Below, piece by piece: positions 18,743 to 28,341 of a stretch of 64,000 bases of DNA. The notes beneath the pieces were generated by a model that was not told the DNA's origin, searched no databases, and saw nothing but the letters and a program-made list of their open reading frames with translations. Numbering within the stretch: position 1 is the first letter of the stretch; the number at the start of each line of letters is the position of its first letter. The position numbers and the translations under genes were made by a program. This stretch comes from Candidatus Calditenuis fumarioli. GTDB lineage: Archaea; Thermoproteota; Nitrososphaeria_A; Caldarchaeales; Calditenuaceae. Location: contig JANVYR010000003.1 in the NCBI GenBank assembly GCA_030059665.1, forward strand, positions 70,555 through 134,554, written 5' to 3'.

Positions 18743-19519
18743 CTACGTCCGCGATTTCTTCCTCGAGCCCGCGTCCTTCACCGCCGCGATTACTTTGCCC
18801 AGCGCACCGACGTCCCGCTCCGCCAGCGTCCCTGTCACGACGAGATCGGCTCCGGACTCGACGACCCTCCTCGCCTGCTCCTCGTTCCTGATGCCTCCAC
18901 CGACGACGAGGGGGACGTCCAGCACCGACCGGACCGTCTTGATCAGCCTCGGCGACAGCGGCTCCGGAGCTCCAGAACCGGCCTCCAGGTAGACGAACCT
19001 CATCCCCAGGTACTGGGCCGCGAGGGCGTAGGCAGCTGCCACGTTGGGCCGCTCCTCGGGGATAGGGTAAACACGGCCGACCACCGCGACGGAGGAGCCT
19101 GCCCCGAAGACTATGTAGCCCATCGGTATCGCCTCGAGGCCGTACTCCTTCACCAGGAAGGAACCGTGGATCTGCGCACCGAGGAGGAACCACCACTCCA
19201 GCGAGTTCAGCAGCGACATGTAGAAGATCGCGTCCGCGTACCGGCTGACGGCGTTGACGTTGTTCGGGAACACGATCACCGGTTTCGAGGTGTTCTCCTT
19301 GATGGTCCTCACCGCTACGTCGTAGGACTCGTGCGACCAGATGGTGGAGCCTCCTACCATGAAGGCATCGGTCCCCTGCTCCTCCGCGGTCCGAACCGTT
19401 CTGGCCAGAGCGTCCCGGTCGAGGTTCTCCGGGTCGAGCAGCGTGAGGTGGCAGCAACCCTCCCTCTCCACCACGTCCAGCAGGTAGCTCTCGGTCTTCC
19501 CGAGCCTCAGCCCCCTCAA
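18743..19519 (-). CDS. Geranylgeranylglyceryl phosphate synthase
   Basis: TLLDP, DAFMVGGS, FPNN, FYMSLLNS, YLEAGSG, VGGGIR; TTG start after a GGAGG RBS. Confidence 0.92.
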   Translation of the reverse strand: MRGLRLGKTESYLLDVVEREGCCHLTLLDPENLDRDALARTVRTAEEQGTDAFMVGGSTIWSHESYDVAVRTIKENTSKPVIVFPNNVNAVSRYADAIFYMSLLNSLEWWFLLGAQIHGSFLVKEYGLEAIPMGYIVFGAGSSVAVVGRVYPIPEERPNVAAAYALAAQYLGMRFVYLEAGSGAPEPLSPRLIKTVRSVLDVPLVVGGGIRNEEQARRVVESGADLVVTGTLAERDVGALGKVIAAVKDAGSRKKSRT

Positions 19520-19714
19520 CCTCCGGGACCGTCTCCCGGGATGTATTTGAACGTCTTGAGGAGGTCCAGGGGTCATGAGCGGTCCACGAGCGAGGAAGAC
19601 CAAGATGGTCCGGAAGGTCACTCTGCCGACAGGTCTCCGCACTCAACTCGGGAGAACGTCATCCGCTCTGCCACCCGCGAAACGTTATTTACCGTCACAA
19701 TGTGTTGAGTTCCG

Positions 19715-20110
19715 GTGTCGATAGCCGGGAAGCTGATCGAGGAGCTCGAGAGGGATCAAGAGGCAAGGAGGAGACTCGCCGAGATCTTGGTTACCGACGG
19801 TGAGGTGAGGTTGGCGATAATCAACGCGGTTCTGGCGGACGTAGCGACCAAGAGGGACCTCGAAACGCTACGGGCTGAGCTCAAGGCCGATATCAAGAGG
19901 GTTGAGGACAACCTGAAGGCTCTGATCGAGAGGGAGATATCGAGACTTGAGAGGAGGATCGATGCCTTGGAGAACAGGGTAAACTCAATAGAGGCCAGGT
20001 TGTCAAGGCTGGAGGGTCAGATGAACCTCTTCGTCAAGCTCTTCATCGCATTCAACCTGCCGATTCTGCTGGCTGTGATCGGAATTCTGCTGAGGCTCGT
20101 CTTCGCATAA
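19715..20110 (+). CDS. Coiled-coil protein with C-terminal TM helix (paREP-like)
   Basis: RLAIINAVLADVATKRDL followed by heptad repeats and a hydrophobic tail. Confidence 0.6.
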   Translation: MSIAGKLIEELERDQEARRRLAEILVTDGEVRLAIINAVLADVATKRDLETLRAELKADIKRVEDNLKALIEREISRLERRIDALENRVNSIEARLSRLEGQMNLFVKLFIAFNLPILLAVIGILLRLVFA

Positions 20111-20219
20111 TGCCGTTCCGATCCGCTCGACCTCCCACCCTCATCCTGAGATTCACACATTGCCGGCAACCTTCAAAGGGCGTGATCTATAAACGGAACC
20201 TCTGCGAACCGGTGACGGC

Positions 20220-20375
20220 ATGAGCAAGAAGACGTTGCCGATGAAGAGGAGGCTGGCAGCGGCACTTAAGAGGGCAGACCCGGTACCTGCATGGGTGGCC
20301 CTGAGGACCGGGGGCGAGGTGCGGGCGAGCAGGAGGGCGCGGAACTGGAGGAGGTCGGCCAGCATCAAGCCGTGA
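20220..20375 (+). CDS. rpl39e: 50S ribosomal protein L39e (not in ORF track)
   Basis: Manual translation MSKKTLPMKRRLAAALKRADPVPAWVALRTGGEVRASRRARNWRRSASIKP, directly upstream of rpl31e. Confidence 0.93.
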   Translation: MSKKTLPMKRRLAAALKRADPVPAWVALRTGGEVRASRRARNWRRSASIKP

Positions 20376-20386
20376 GGTGATGGGCG

Positions 20387-20671
20387 ATGTCCGAGCGGAG
20401 GTGGGAGCTCACCCTGAACCTCCGGGACGCATACGAAGCCAAGAAGTGGAGGAGGGCGAAGAGGGCGATCAACCTGATCAGGCAGAAGGCGGCGAGGATC
20501 GCGAAGGTGAAGCGCGTCGTCATCGACGAGTCTCTGAACCGGCTGATCTGGTCCAGGGGCGTCGAGAGGCCGCCGAGGAAGGTGCAGGTGGTGATCGAGA
20601 GGGTGGACGAGGAGACGGCCGAGGTGAAGCTGCCGGGGTCCGAGGAACGCTCCGCGCGGGAGGAAGGGTGA
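20387..20671 (+). CDS. rpl31e: 50S ribosomal protein L31e
   Basis: RRAKRAINLIR, IDESLNRLIWSRGVERPPRKV. Confidence 0.93.
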   Translation: MSERRWELTLNLRDAYEAKKWRRAKRAINLIRQKAARIAKVKRVVIDESLNRLIWSRGVERPPRKVQVVIERVDEETAEVKLPGSEERSAREEG

Positions 20672-21369
20672 GCGGGCTGAGCGGGGGCCTGAACGTCGCC
20701 AGCAGGATCCACGTCTTCGACGTCTTCGGAACGCCCTACCTCGGCCTCTTCGCCACGTGCACAGACAGGTTCCTGATCCTGCCGACGATCACGCCCGACA
20801 AGGACGCGCGGCTGCTGGGCCAGATGCTCTCGGTGGAGCCCGTCAAGGCGTCGGTGGCCTCCAGCTTCCTGATAGGCGTCATGGTCGCGGCCAACTCCAA
20901 CGGCGTGCTGATGCCGAGAACGGCCCTCGACGAGGAGGTGGAATCTCTCAGGAGGTCGCTCGCCGACAGGAACGTGGTGGTGCTGGAGAGCAGGCTGACG
21001 GCACTGGGGAACCTGATACTCGCCAACGACAGAGGGGCCGTTGTGTCGCCGGACTTCACGCAGCGCGACGTGAGGGCGATCTCGGACGCCCTGTCTGTGG
21101 AGGTGGTGAGGGGGACCATCTCGGGGATGAAGACCGTCGGCTCCCTCGCGGTGGTGAACAACAGAACGGGCGTCGTCACCGTCGACGCTAGCGACAGCGA
21201 CCTGGAGCTGCTGAGGGAGGTGCTGAAGGTGGAGCTCTTCAGGGTGACCGTGAACGACGGGTCCAAGTTCGTCAGGAGCGGGCTGCTCGCCAACGACTGG
21301 GGAGTGGTTGTGGGGAGCAGGACGCGCGGTCCGGAGCTGATGCTGCTGTCGACCGCCTTCAACAGGTGA
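20668..21369 (+). CDS. eif6: Translation initiation factor 6 (aIF6)
   Basis: IGVMVAANSNG, ALGNLILANDRGA, TVGSLAVVNN.G, VNDGSKFVRSGLLAND; GTGA overlap with the rpl31e stop. Confidence 0.93.
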   Translation: MSGLSGGLNVASRIHVFDVFGTPYLGLFATCTDRFLILPTITPDKDARLLGQMLSVEPVKASVASSFLIGVMVAANSNGVLMPRTALDEEVESLRRSLADRNVVVLESRLTALGNLILANDRGAVVSPDFTQRDVRAISDALSVEVVRGTISGMKTVGSLAVVNNRTGVVTVDASDSDLELLREVLKVELFRVTVNDGSKFVRSGLLANDWGVVVGSRTRGPELMLLSTAFNR

Positions 21370-21371
21370 CC

Positions 21372-21542
21372 TCAGCGTTCGTCCTCAGCTGTGAGGCATT
21401 TCGGGCAGACGCAGTCGCTTGCAACGGTGGAGAGCCACCTGAGACGGTCGGGTTCCACGAAGACTGAGCCGCACCAGCAATCACCATCATCGGCACCGCA
21501 CTGGAACTCCTCGCCGCAGAGCTCGCAGGTCTTTCGCCTCAA
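21372..21542 (-). CDS. Small cysteine-rich CWC-family protein
   Basis: CELCGEEFQCG...CWC...CVCPKC; TTG start overlapping the rpl13e stop. Confidence 0.75.
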   Translation of the reverse strand: MRRKTCELCGEEFQCGADDGDCWCGSVFVEPDRLRWLSTVASDCVCPKCLTAEDER

Positions 21543-21751
21543 GCCTGCCTCGACTTGGCCAGCTCTGCCTTTAGCCTTTCCAACTTCTCGACGTTCCAGC
21601 TGTGGACGGTCCTCCTCCTGGGATCCACCCTGATTCCCAGCTCCTCGGCCTCCCTCAAGGTGAGCCCAGCGGCCCTTAGCTCGCCCACCGAGAAGCCCCT
21701 GCCCTCCCGGAACTTCCGCTGTCCGGGGCTCCTGACCACCGGCGCCGACAA
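21539..21751 (-). CDS. rpl13e: 50S ribosomal protein L13e (short archaeal form)
   Basis: REGRGFSVGELRAAGL...LGIRVDPRRRT...NVEKL. Confidence 0.92.
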   Translation of the reverse strand: MSAPVVRSPGQRKFREGRGFSVGELRAAGLTLREAEELGIRVDPRRRTVHSWNVEKLERLKAELAKSRQA

Positions 21752-21761
21752 CCCGGATCAC

Positions 21762-22103
21762 CTACAGCTCGTCCTTGGAGAGCCTCACTATGCGCGTCTC
21801 ACGCTTCTTTGGGGTCAATCTGTCCAGCAGCTCCCTCAGCACCTCGTCCGTTACCTGACCCCTCAAGCGGCCCGACTGGGCCAGCTGGATCAGGTACCTC
21901 TCGACGGCCTCGGCCAGATCCGGCCTCGCCACCCGAACGTTCGAGAGCCTCTGTCTGGCCTCGGGGGTCAGGATCACCTTGAGGATCGCGGCCCGCTCCG
22001 CCTCCTCCCTCCTCCGGGCCTCCTCCTCTGCGAGGCGCTGCTGGAGCTCGGCCATCTTTCTCCGCCTGATCTCCTCAAGCTCGGCGTCCTCGGGACCAGA
22101 CAA
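21762..22103 (-). CDS. PDCD5-related DNA-binding protein
   Basis: ELEEIRRRKMAELQ, ILTPEARQRLSNVRVARPDLA..VE.YLIQLAQ.G. Confidence 0.92.
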   Translation of the reverse strand: MSGPEDAELEEIRRRKMAELQQRLAEEEARRREEAERAAILKVILTPEARQRLSNVRVARPDLAEAVERYLIQLAQSGRLRGQVTDEVLRELLDRLTPKKRETRIVRLSKDEL

Positions 22104-22211
22104 CGCCCGTCACCGGACCGGGATCCACTCGATTTTTGATAAGCTTTACCTCCAGGGGATCCTCGGAGGGAGAGCGCCTGCGAAGCGTAACGACAGATAT
22201 ACATCTCCATG

Positions 22212-22832
22212 TCACATGAGTGTGACCGATAGTATGACGTAAGAGGCTATCACGATGAGAGTCACCGACCAGATCAGGTTGTAGTTCACCCAGATCCTTC
22301 TGAGCGCACCCAGTCCCAGAACGCGGTAGACGAGCAGGCCGGCAACCATCATGGTTAGTCCCGCGACGAAGGAGTGGATGACCGTGAAGGTGAGGGCTGA
22401 GGTTAACACCGCTAAACCGCCACCGAACCTCGAGCACCAGGCCGAGATGAGAGGGGCCAGGGAGAGGGTTGAGCCATGAACCATCCCGAGAAGCAGGCCG
22501 ACGCAAAGCAACTCGTGTCTGCCCCGCTTCAAACCAAGGTAGGGATGAGAGGGTCGCAAGAGTCTCCAGGCACCGTAAGTCAAGGCTGCAGCAGCCGTGA
22601 CGACGGTCCACCATCTGAGGTGCGATGCTGGGGCTGAAAGGGCCAGCGATAGAACCGAGGACAGCATGTGACCTAAAGAGAGTAAGGATATCGAAAGGGC
22701 GAGCTCGCGGAGGCTCTTGGAGATCAACGCCCTGTAAACCCCGAGGAGCCACCCAGAAGAGGGGTTGACTCCGTGGACTATCCCAAGCGTGACCACCGTC
22801 CAGCCGATGAAGCCCTCGGCGATCAAAACCAC
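22212..22832 (-). CDS. His-containing integral membrane protein (NiCoT/RcnA-like), partner of SBP56
   Basis: HGVNPSSGWL, GH, HP, HG, HS motifs in about 6 TM helices; starts right after the SBP56 stop. Confidence 0.65.
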   Translation of the reverse strand: MVLIAEGFIGWTVVTLGIVHGVNPSSGWLLGVYRALISKSLRELALSISLLSLGHMLSSVLSLALSAPASHLRWWTVVTAAAALTYGAWRLLRPSHPYLGLKRGRHELLCVGLLLGMVHGSTLSLAPLISAWCSRFGGGLAVLTSALTFTVIHSFVAGLTMMVAGLLVYRVLGLGALRRIWVNYNLIWSVTLIVIASYVILSVTLM

Positions 22833-22833
22833 A

Positions 22834-24246
22834 TCACGGCGACGGATAGCAGAAGCTGTCCGAACTCGAGTCGCCGCCCTCAAGCCTCACCTGATGGGCC
22901 TTGGCCTCGCCGAAGTCGACGAGGAAGTCCCTTACCACGCTCAGGTCACCGTTATCGGATCTCAGCAGCACCAGCCAACCCCTCAGCCCCTCCGGATAGA
23001 ATATGGGGTCCCAGCTGCTGTATAGCGAGTTGGTGACGTACACCCTCTTACCGTCCCTGCTAACCTCAACCATCTGGGGTCCGCCGGTGAGGGGTCTTCC
23101 CGACGGGTGAGGGGACCTATGGAGGATCCCACCCAGCTTAGCGACCGACCTCAGCTTGGGCTCGAACGGATTGCTCACGTCGTAGCACCTGAGCTCCCCG
23201 GTCCCCCAGCACGAGACGTAGAGGTATCTGTCGTCCAGGGAGAGGTTGATGTCCGTCACAAGCGGCGGAACGACGCCGAATGGTCTGAGCGCATCCGGGA
23301 GGAGGTCCCTCTCAACCGGGACAGCCTCGACCTCAATGACTTTCTGCGCGCCCCACCGCCCGTCCTCCTTGTACCAGAGCCACACGCTTGAACTCAGGTT
23401 CGATACGTTGACGACCACATTGACGAAGCCCATCGGTTTGGTCGGATCGTGAAGGGGTCTCAGCTCCAGAACCATCCTCTCGTCCTTCCCGAGCTCTATC
23501 GCCTGGACGTGCTTCCTCCTCCTCAGATCCCAGAAGTGCAGCTTGTTGCCGTACAGACCTTTCGTGAGGGCCTCGAGGTCCAGGCCGTTCTCATAGTACT
23601 TCGGAACGGTCCACTCGCTGGTGACCATCGTGTCCTCCGCCAGATGCCACCAGAAGTCGTACGCGAGGTACTGCGGTCCCCTTTCGATCTCGAACCTTCC
23701 CAACGGCTCGAAGGTCCTGTGATCGAGCAGCAGGACGCCTCCAGGCCCCCCATCACCCCGACCCCCGAGCGCGCTGACGTAGATCGCGTCGGGACCGCAG
23801 TGAACGGTGTGCAGCCTCGAGTAGCCAGTTACCCTCGTGATCTTCTCTCCTGGGATTTTCTTAACGAGCCTCGGTCTCCTCGGATCAGGCTTAGTGTCCA
23901 GCACGTAGACGTTGGAGGACCTGAGTCCCGGGACAATCAAGTGCCTCCTCTCCGTCGTGGGATCTCCGTAGGGGCAGAGCATTGAGCTGCAGGCGTTCCA
24001 GCCGAAGTGGTGGAGCTCGTCGCCCACCTGGTCCAGCTCAACTCGATGGACTATCCGCCCGAAGTTCTCGGACTTGGGGTCGACGTCCACGACGGCGATG
24101 AAGTCGGGCTTGTTGATCCCGGTGCCGGTGTGAAGGGCCGCCACGTAAGCGAACCTCTCTGGAGGTGCCCTCATCGCCTCAGCAGGGGTGGGATAGAAGG
24201 TCGGGTCCGGTGCGAGGGCTGTCACGCCCGGTGGCACCATCGGCAA
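22834..24246 (-). CDS. Selenium-binding protein 56 / methanethiol oxidase-like beta-propeller
   Basis: DELHHFGWNACSS, HTVHC, YDFWW, LELRPLH, GGPQMVEVSRDGKRVYVTNSLYS.WD, GGDSSSD. Confidence 0.92.
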   Translation of the reverse strand: MPMVPPGVTALAPDPTFYPTPAEAMRAPPERFAYVAALHTGTGINKPDFIAVVDVDPKSENFGRIVHRVELDQVGDELHHFGWNACSSMLCPYGDPTTERRHLIVPGLRSSNVYVLDTKPDPRRPRLVKKIPGEKITRVTGYSRLHTVHCGPDAIYVSALGGRGDGGPGGVLLLDHRTFEPLGRFEIERGPQYLAYDFWWHLAEDTMVTSEWTVPKYYENGLDLEALTKGLYGNKLHFWDLRRRKHVQAIELGKDERMVLELRPLHDPTKPMGFVNVVVNVSNLSSSVWLWYKEDGRWGAQKVIEVEAVPVERDLLPDALRPFGVVPPLVTDINLSLDDRYLYVSCWGTGELRCYDVSNPFEPKLRSVAKLGGILHRSPHPSGRPLTGGPQMVEVSRDGKRVYVTNSLYSSWDPIFYPEGLRGWLVLLRSDNGDLSVVRDFLVDFGEAKAHQVRLEGGDSSSDSFCYPSP

Positions 24247-24432
24247 TATATATGTCTAATCTTATCACGCAATAATTTTTAGCATATACAACGGAAATAG
24301 GACTCTCGGTGAAACGCTTTGCCCGACCATCTCCTTACCCAAGCCGGCTGCTGGTGACAGGGTCGGACAACCACAACGCACGACGACCCACCTCCGACCT
24401 CAAAATTTAATCAACGTCCCAAACGGAGACAG

Positions 24433-24870
24433 ATGTGGGGGATGAGCGAGCAGCGCCAGAGGAGGATCAGGATACTGCTCGCGAAGCCCGGACTCGACGG
24501 CCACGACAGGGGCCTCCTGATCCTGGCGAGGGCCTTCAGGGACGCCGGGTTCGAGGTCGTCTACGGAGGGATCCTGAGGAGCCCGGAGGAGGTGGTGGAG
24601 ATAGCGATCCAGGAGGACGTCGACGTGGTGGCCCTGAGCCTCCACAACGCCGACCACATACCGAACTTCATCAAGGTGGCACGGCTGCTGAGGGAGCGCG
24701 GAGCTAAGGACGTGGTGATAGTCGGCGGAGGCATCATACCTCCAGAGGACAAACCGATCCTCGAGAAGGAGGGCATAACGGGCAACTTCGGACCAGGAAC
24801 GCCGCTGAACGTCATCATCCAGCACATCGTCGAACGGGTGAGGAAGGAGAGGTGGAAGGAGGGGACGTAG
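24433..24870 (+). CDS. Acyl-CoA mutase small (cobalamin-binding) subunit
   Basis: KPGLDGHDRG (DxHxxG), AIQEDVD, GGGIIP. Confidence 0.92.
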   Translation: MWGMSEQRQRRIRILLAKPGLDGHDRGLLILARAFRDAGFEVVYGGILRSPEEVVEIAIQEDVDVVALSLHNADHIPNFIKVARLLRERGAKDVVIVGGGIIPPEDKPILEKEGITGNFGPGTPLNVIIQHIVERVRKERWKEGT

Positions 24871-24882
24871 GACCTCTGGGGC

Positions 24883-26664
24883 TCAGATGATCTGCGGCTC
24901 CTTCCAGGTGCCGTAGACCTCCCTGCCGACGTTCATTATCTCCTCGAGCGTCGCGTAGGACCTCACCGCCTCGATGATGTAGGGCATCACGTTGACCTCC
25001 TCGTGCTCGAAGGCCCACCTGAGCTGATCGAGGGCCCTCCTGACCCTCTCGTTGTCCCTGGTCCTCTTGACCTCGTTCAGCCGCTCGATCTGCTTGGCCG
25101 CCACGCTCTCGTCGATCCTGAGGTAGTTGATCGGCCTCTCTTCGGGGATCACGTACTTGTTCACACCGACGATGACGGTCTCGCCCGACTCGACGGCCAG
25201 CTGGGTCCTGTACGCCGTCTCGTGGATCTCTCGCTGGACGTATCCCGACTCGATGGCCCTCAGCATCCCTCCCATCTCGTCGATCTTGTGGAAGTACTCA
25301 AGGGCCTTCTCGAACATCTGATCGGTCAGCCACTCGACGAAGTAGGAGCCTGCCAGCGGGTCTATCGTGTCGGGAACATCGGTCTCCTCCGCGATGATCT
25401 GCTGCGTCCTCAGCGCCACCAGCACCGCCTCCTCGGTCGGGAGGGCCCATGCCTCGTCGTAGGAGTTCGTGTGGAGCGACTGGGTTCCCCCGAGAACGGC
25501 TGCGAGCGCCTCGATCGTGGTCCTGATGATGTTGTTCAGAGGTTGCTGCCAGGTGAGCGATGCCCCCGACGTCTGGGTGTGGAACCTCAGCGTCATCGAT
25601 CTCGGGTTCCTCGCACCGTAGAACTCCCTCATCACCGTCGCCCAGATCTTCCGTGCGGCCCTGAACTTCGCTATCTCCTCGAAGAAGTTCATGGTGGAGT
25701 TGAAGAAGAAGGAGAACCTAGGCGCGAACTCGTCCACCTTCATGCCCGAGGAGATGCCGAGGTCGACGTAGGTGAAGCCGTCCATCAGGGTGAAGGCCAG
25801 CTCCTGGACCGCGCTCGCACCTGCCTCCCTGATGTGGTAGCCGCTGATGCTGATGTAATGCCACCTGGGCATGTTCCTCGTGCAGAACTCCATCATGTCC
25901 CTGATGATCCGGAGGTGACCCTCGGGCGTGAAGGCCCACTCCTTCTGAGCTATGAACTCCTTCAGGATGTCGGTCTGGGTCGTACCGCTCAATGCGCTCA
26001 TGGGGACGCCCTGCTTCTCCGCGACGACGATCAGCATGGCGAGCAAGACAGCCGCAGGGGCGTTGATGGTCATCGAGACGCTCACCTTGTCGAGGGGGAT
26101 GCCGTCGAAGATGATCTCCATGTCCCTCACGGTCGCGACTGAGACGCCGCACTTCCCCACCTCTCCCTCAGACCTGGGGTTGTCGGGGTCGTAGCCGTAC
26201 AGCGTCGGCATGTCGAAGGCTAGGCTGAGGCCGGTCTCGCCGTGCTCCAGCAGGAACTTGAACCTCCTGTTGGTGTCCTCCGGCGTGCCGAAACCCGCGA
26301 ACTGCCTCATCGTCCAGAGCTTGGACCTGTACATGCTGGTGTAGACGCCACGAGTGAACGGGTAATCGCCGGGGAAGCCGAGGTCGGCCTCGTAGTCGAG
26401 CCACGAGACGTTGAGCGGCGTGTACAGGGGCCTTATCTCGATGCCCGAGGTGGTTTTGAAGCTGGACTTGCGCTCGGGCGCGACCTTCACGGCCTCCCGG
26501 TAACGCTCGTACCAGTCGCGCTGTAGCACCTCTATCCTCCGGAGCGCCTCCTCATTGAACAGTGGTGACCTCGTCTTCCTCTCCTCCCTCCTCGAGCGGA
26601 GGTCCTTCCAGTAACCGAGCCTCTTGGACGACCATCCGGAGAGCTGGTCGGAGATGCGGCCCAT
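24883..26664 (-). CDS. B12-dependent acyl-CoA mutase large subunit with isobutyryl-CoA mutase (IcmA)-type specificity residues
   Basis: [10 protein letters not shown] (F at the MCM Tyr89 position), [14 protein letters not shown] (Q at the Arg207 position), [19 protein letters not shown]; true start may be downstream of 26664. Confidence 0.85.
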   Translation of the reverse strand: MGRISDQLSGWSSKRLGYWKDLRSRREERKTRSPLFNEEALRRIEVLQRDWYERYREAVKVAPERKSSFKTTSGIEIRPLYTPLNVSWLDYEADLGFPGDYPFTRGVYTSMYRSKLWTMRQFAGFGTPEDTNRRFKFLLEHGETGLSLAFDMPTLYGYDPDNPRSEGEVGKCGVSVATVRDMEIIFDGIPLDKVSVSMTINAPAAVLLAMLIVVAEKQGVPMSALSGTTQTDILKEFIAQKEWAFTPEGHLRIIRDMMEFCTRNMPRWHYISISGYHIREAGASAVQELAFTLMDGFTYVDLGISSGMKVDEFAPRFSFFFNSTMNFFEEIAKFRAARKIWATVMREFYGARNPRSMTLRFHTQTSGASLTWQQPLNNIIRTTIEALAAVLGGTQSLHTNSYDEAWALPTEEAVLVALRTQQIIAEETDVPDTIDPLAGSYFVEWLTDQMFEKALEYFHKIDEMGGMLRAIESGYVQREIHETAYRTQLAVESGETVIVGVNKYVIPEERPINYLRIDESVAAKQIERLNEVKRTRDNERVRRALDQLRWAFEHEEVNVMPYIIEAVRSYATLEEIMNVGREVYGTWKEPQII

Positions 26665-26776
26665 GACCGGGATATCATGCGTTCACAGGCGCTTATACGT
26701 TTGCTGGCGACGCGTAACGGCTCCGGCATGCCCGCGGGAAGAGCCAAAAATACGCCGTAGGATCTCAGCGCGGAAG

Positions 26777-27460
26777 ATGGTCCTGACCGCGAAGGTCTTC
26801 AGGGTCAACGCGGACGCCAAGCTCGGCGTGATAGCGCAGAAGCTCAGGGACTTCAGGAGGGTGGACGTGGTGAGGGAGGGGGATCGAGAGATCGAGCTGG
26901 TGACGGACGTCCACGACATCACGGGTGGGAAGGACTACGTGACCGGCGTCTTCAGCAGGGACAAGCTGGTCCGGATCAAGCAGAGGGGTGGTGTGGTTCC
27001 GGTGGTGAGGACGGTGGACGCCTACATCGAGTTCAGGGACAGGGGCGACAAGATATTCCTGATAGTGCTGCAGCAGAAGCACTTCGCCAACTTCGTCGCC
27101 ACCACGCTCAGCAACGCTCTCTTCCTCAACTTCAGATCGATAGTTGAGGCCCGGATACCGCACGAACGGCTGGTGGAGCTCCACGAGAGGAACCCTGACG
27201 GGACGAGGCTGATCTGGTTCGACCAGGTCGATTACCCGGGCGTGGAGAAGCTGGCCCTCGCTGGCCCATCGCTGATGGACACGTCGATGTACGACGAGGC
27301 TCTGAGGCACGGCAAGATCTGGTACATCGTCTTCGTCAGCAGGGAGAAGAGCAGGGTCTTCGGGCTGACGAGGAACGCGGTATTCACCGCCTTCTCCAGG
27401 CTCTCGGAGCAGGACTTCCTGGAGCACGTAAGGACCGAGGTCATCCCGCTGCTGGAGTGA
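26777..27460 (+). CDS. Conserved hypothetical protein
   Basis: Host-like codon pattern, 227 aa, no motif recognised. Confidence 0.6.
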   Translation: MVLTAKVFRVNADAKLGVIAQKLRDFRRVDVVREGDREIELVTDVHDITGGKDYVTGVFSRDKLVRIKQRGGVVPVVRTVDAYIEFRDRGDKIFLIVLQQKHFANFVATTLSNALFLNFRSIVEARIPHERLVELHERNPDGTRLIWFDQVDYPGVEKLALAGPSLMDTSMYDEALRHGKIWYIVFVSREKSRVFGLTRNAVFTAFSRLSEQDFLEHVRTEVIPLLE

Positions 27461-27507
27461 GGGGCCTGGATCACAGTTTTATCATGACGGTTACCGGAGG
27501 TTGAGGG

Positions 27508-28110
27508 ATGCCGAAGGAGGGCAAGCAGAAGGAGGAGTACGTGATCAGGGCACCGAGCTACTTCGGCGAGCGCGAATTGGGAATCACGTACGCCGACGAC
27601 CCGGCCAAGCTGATCGGCAGGACGGTGACCACGAGCCTCTACAACCTGACCGATGACCCCACCAAGCACTACCTCCTGGTGAAGTTCAAGGTCGTCAGGG
27701 TGAACGGCAGGTACGCCGAGACCGTGTTCTACGGCCACGAGTACGGCCGGGAGTACTTCAGGAGCCTGATCAGGAGGGGGACCACGATGGTCGAGTACAT
27801 CAGGGACGTCGAGACGCGCGACGGCTTTAGGCTGAGGGTGTACGGCGTCGTCTTCACGCAGAAGAGGATCAGGTCCGGAAAGAGGAGGGACATACGGAAG
27901 ATCATGGACCAGGTCTTCGTCGAGGCGGCGGAGAGGCTGAACCACGACCAGTTCGCGATCGAGATGGTCCTAGGGAAGATGGGCTCCGACATCTTCAACC
28001 GGGTCAAGAAGATCCTGATCCCGAGGCACGTCGGTGTCTACAAGTCGAAGGTCGTGAGGCTGCCGTCATGGGTCTTCGAGGAGGTGAAGGTCGGGCCGCT
28101 GACCTCATAG
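27508..28110 (+). CDS. rps3ae: 30S ribosomal protein S3Ae (eS1)
   Basis: YVIRAPSYFG, LIGRTVTTSLYNLTDD, RSLIRRGTT, IFNRVKKILIPRHVGVYKSKV. Confidence 0.93.
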   Translation: MPKEGKQKEEYVIRAPSYFGERELGITYADDPAKLIGRTVTTSLYNLTDDPTKHYLLVKFKVVRVNGRYAETVFYGHEYGREYFRSLIRRGTTMVEYIRDVETRDGFRLRVYGVVFTQKRIRSGKRRDIRKIMDQVFVEAAERLNHDQFAIEMVLGKMGSDIFNRVKKILIPRHVGVYKSKVVRLPSWVFEEVKVGPLTS

Positions 28111-28341
28111 AGCAGAGGTGTGTTTGGGTTCCGCCAATGGTTGAGCGGACGCACTGGACGAACTCGATCGAGCGGCTTCAAACCTGAACGCCTCAGATGA
28201 ATTGAAAGCTGCCTTAAGGCCGACGCGCCGCCGAGAGTTAGCTTGGTCACATCTGATCCTGCTGCTTGACCCGTGCGGCGGAATGGTACGTCAGCACAAC
28301 TCTTTTTAGCACGGCGATGCCATTAAACGCTTGGGACATCT

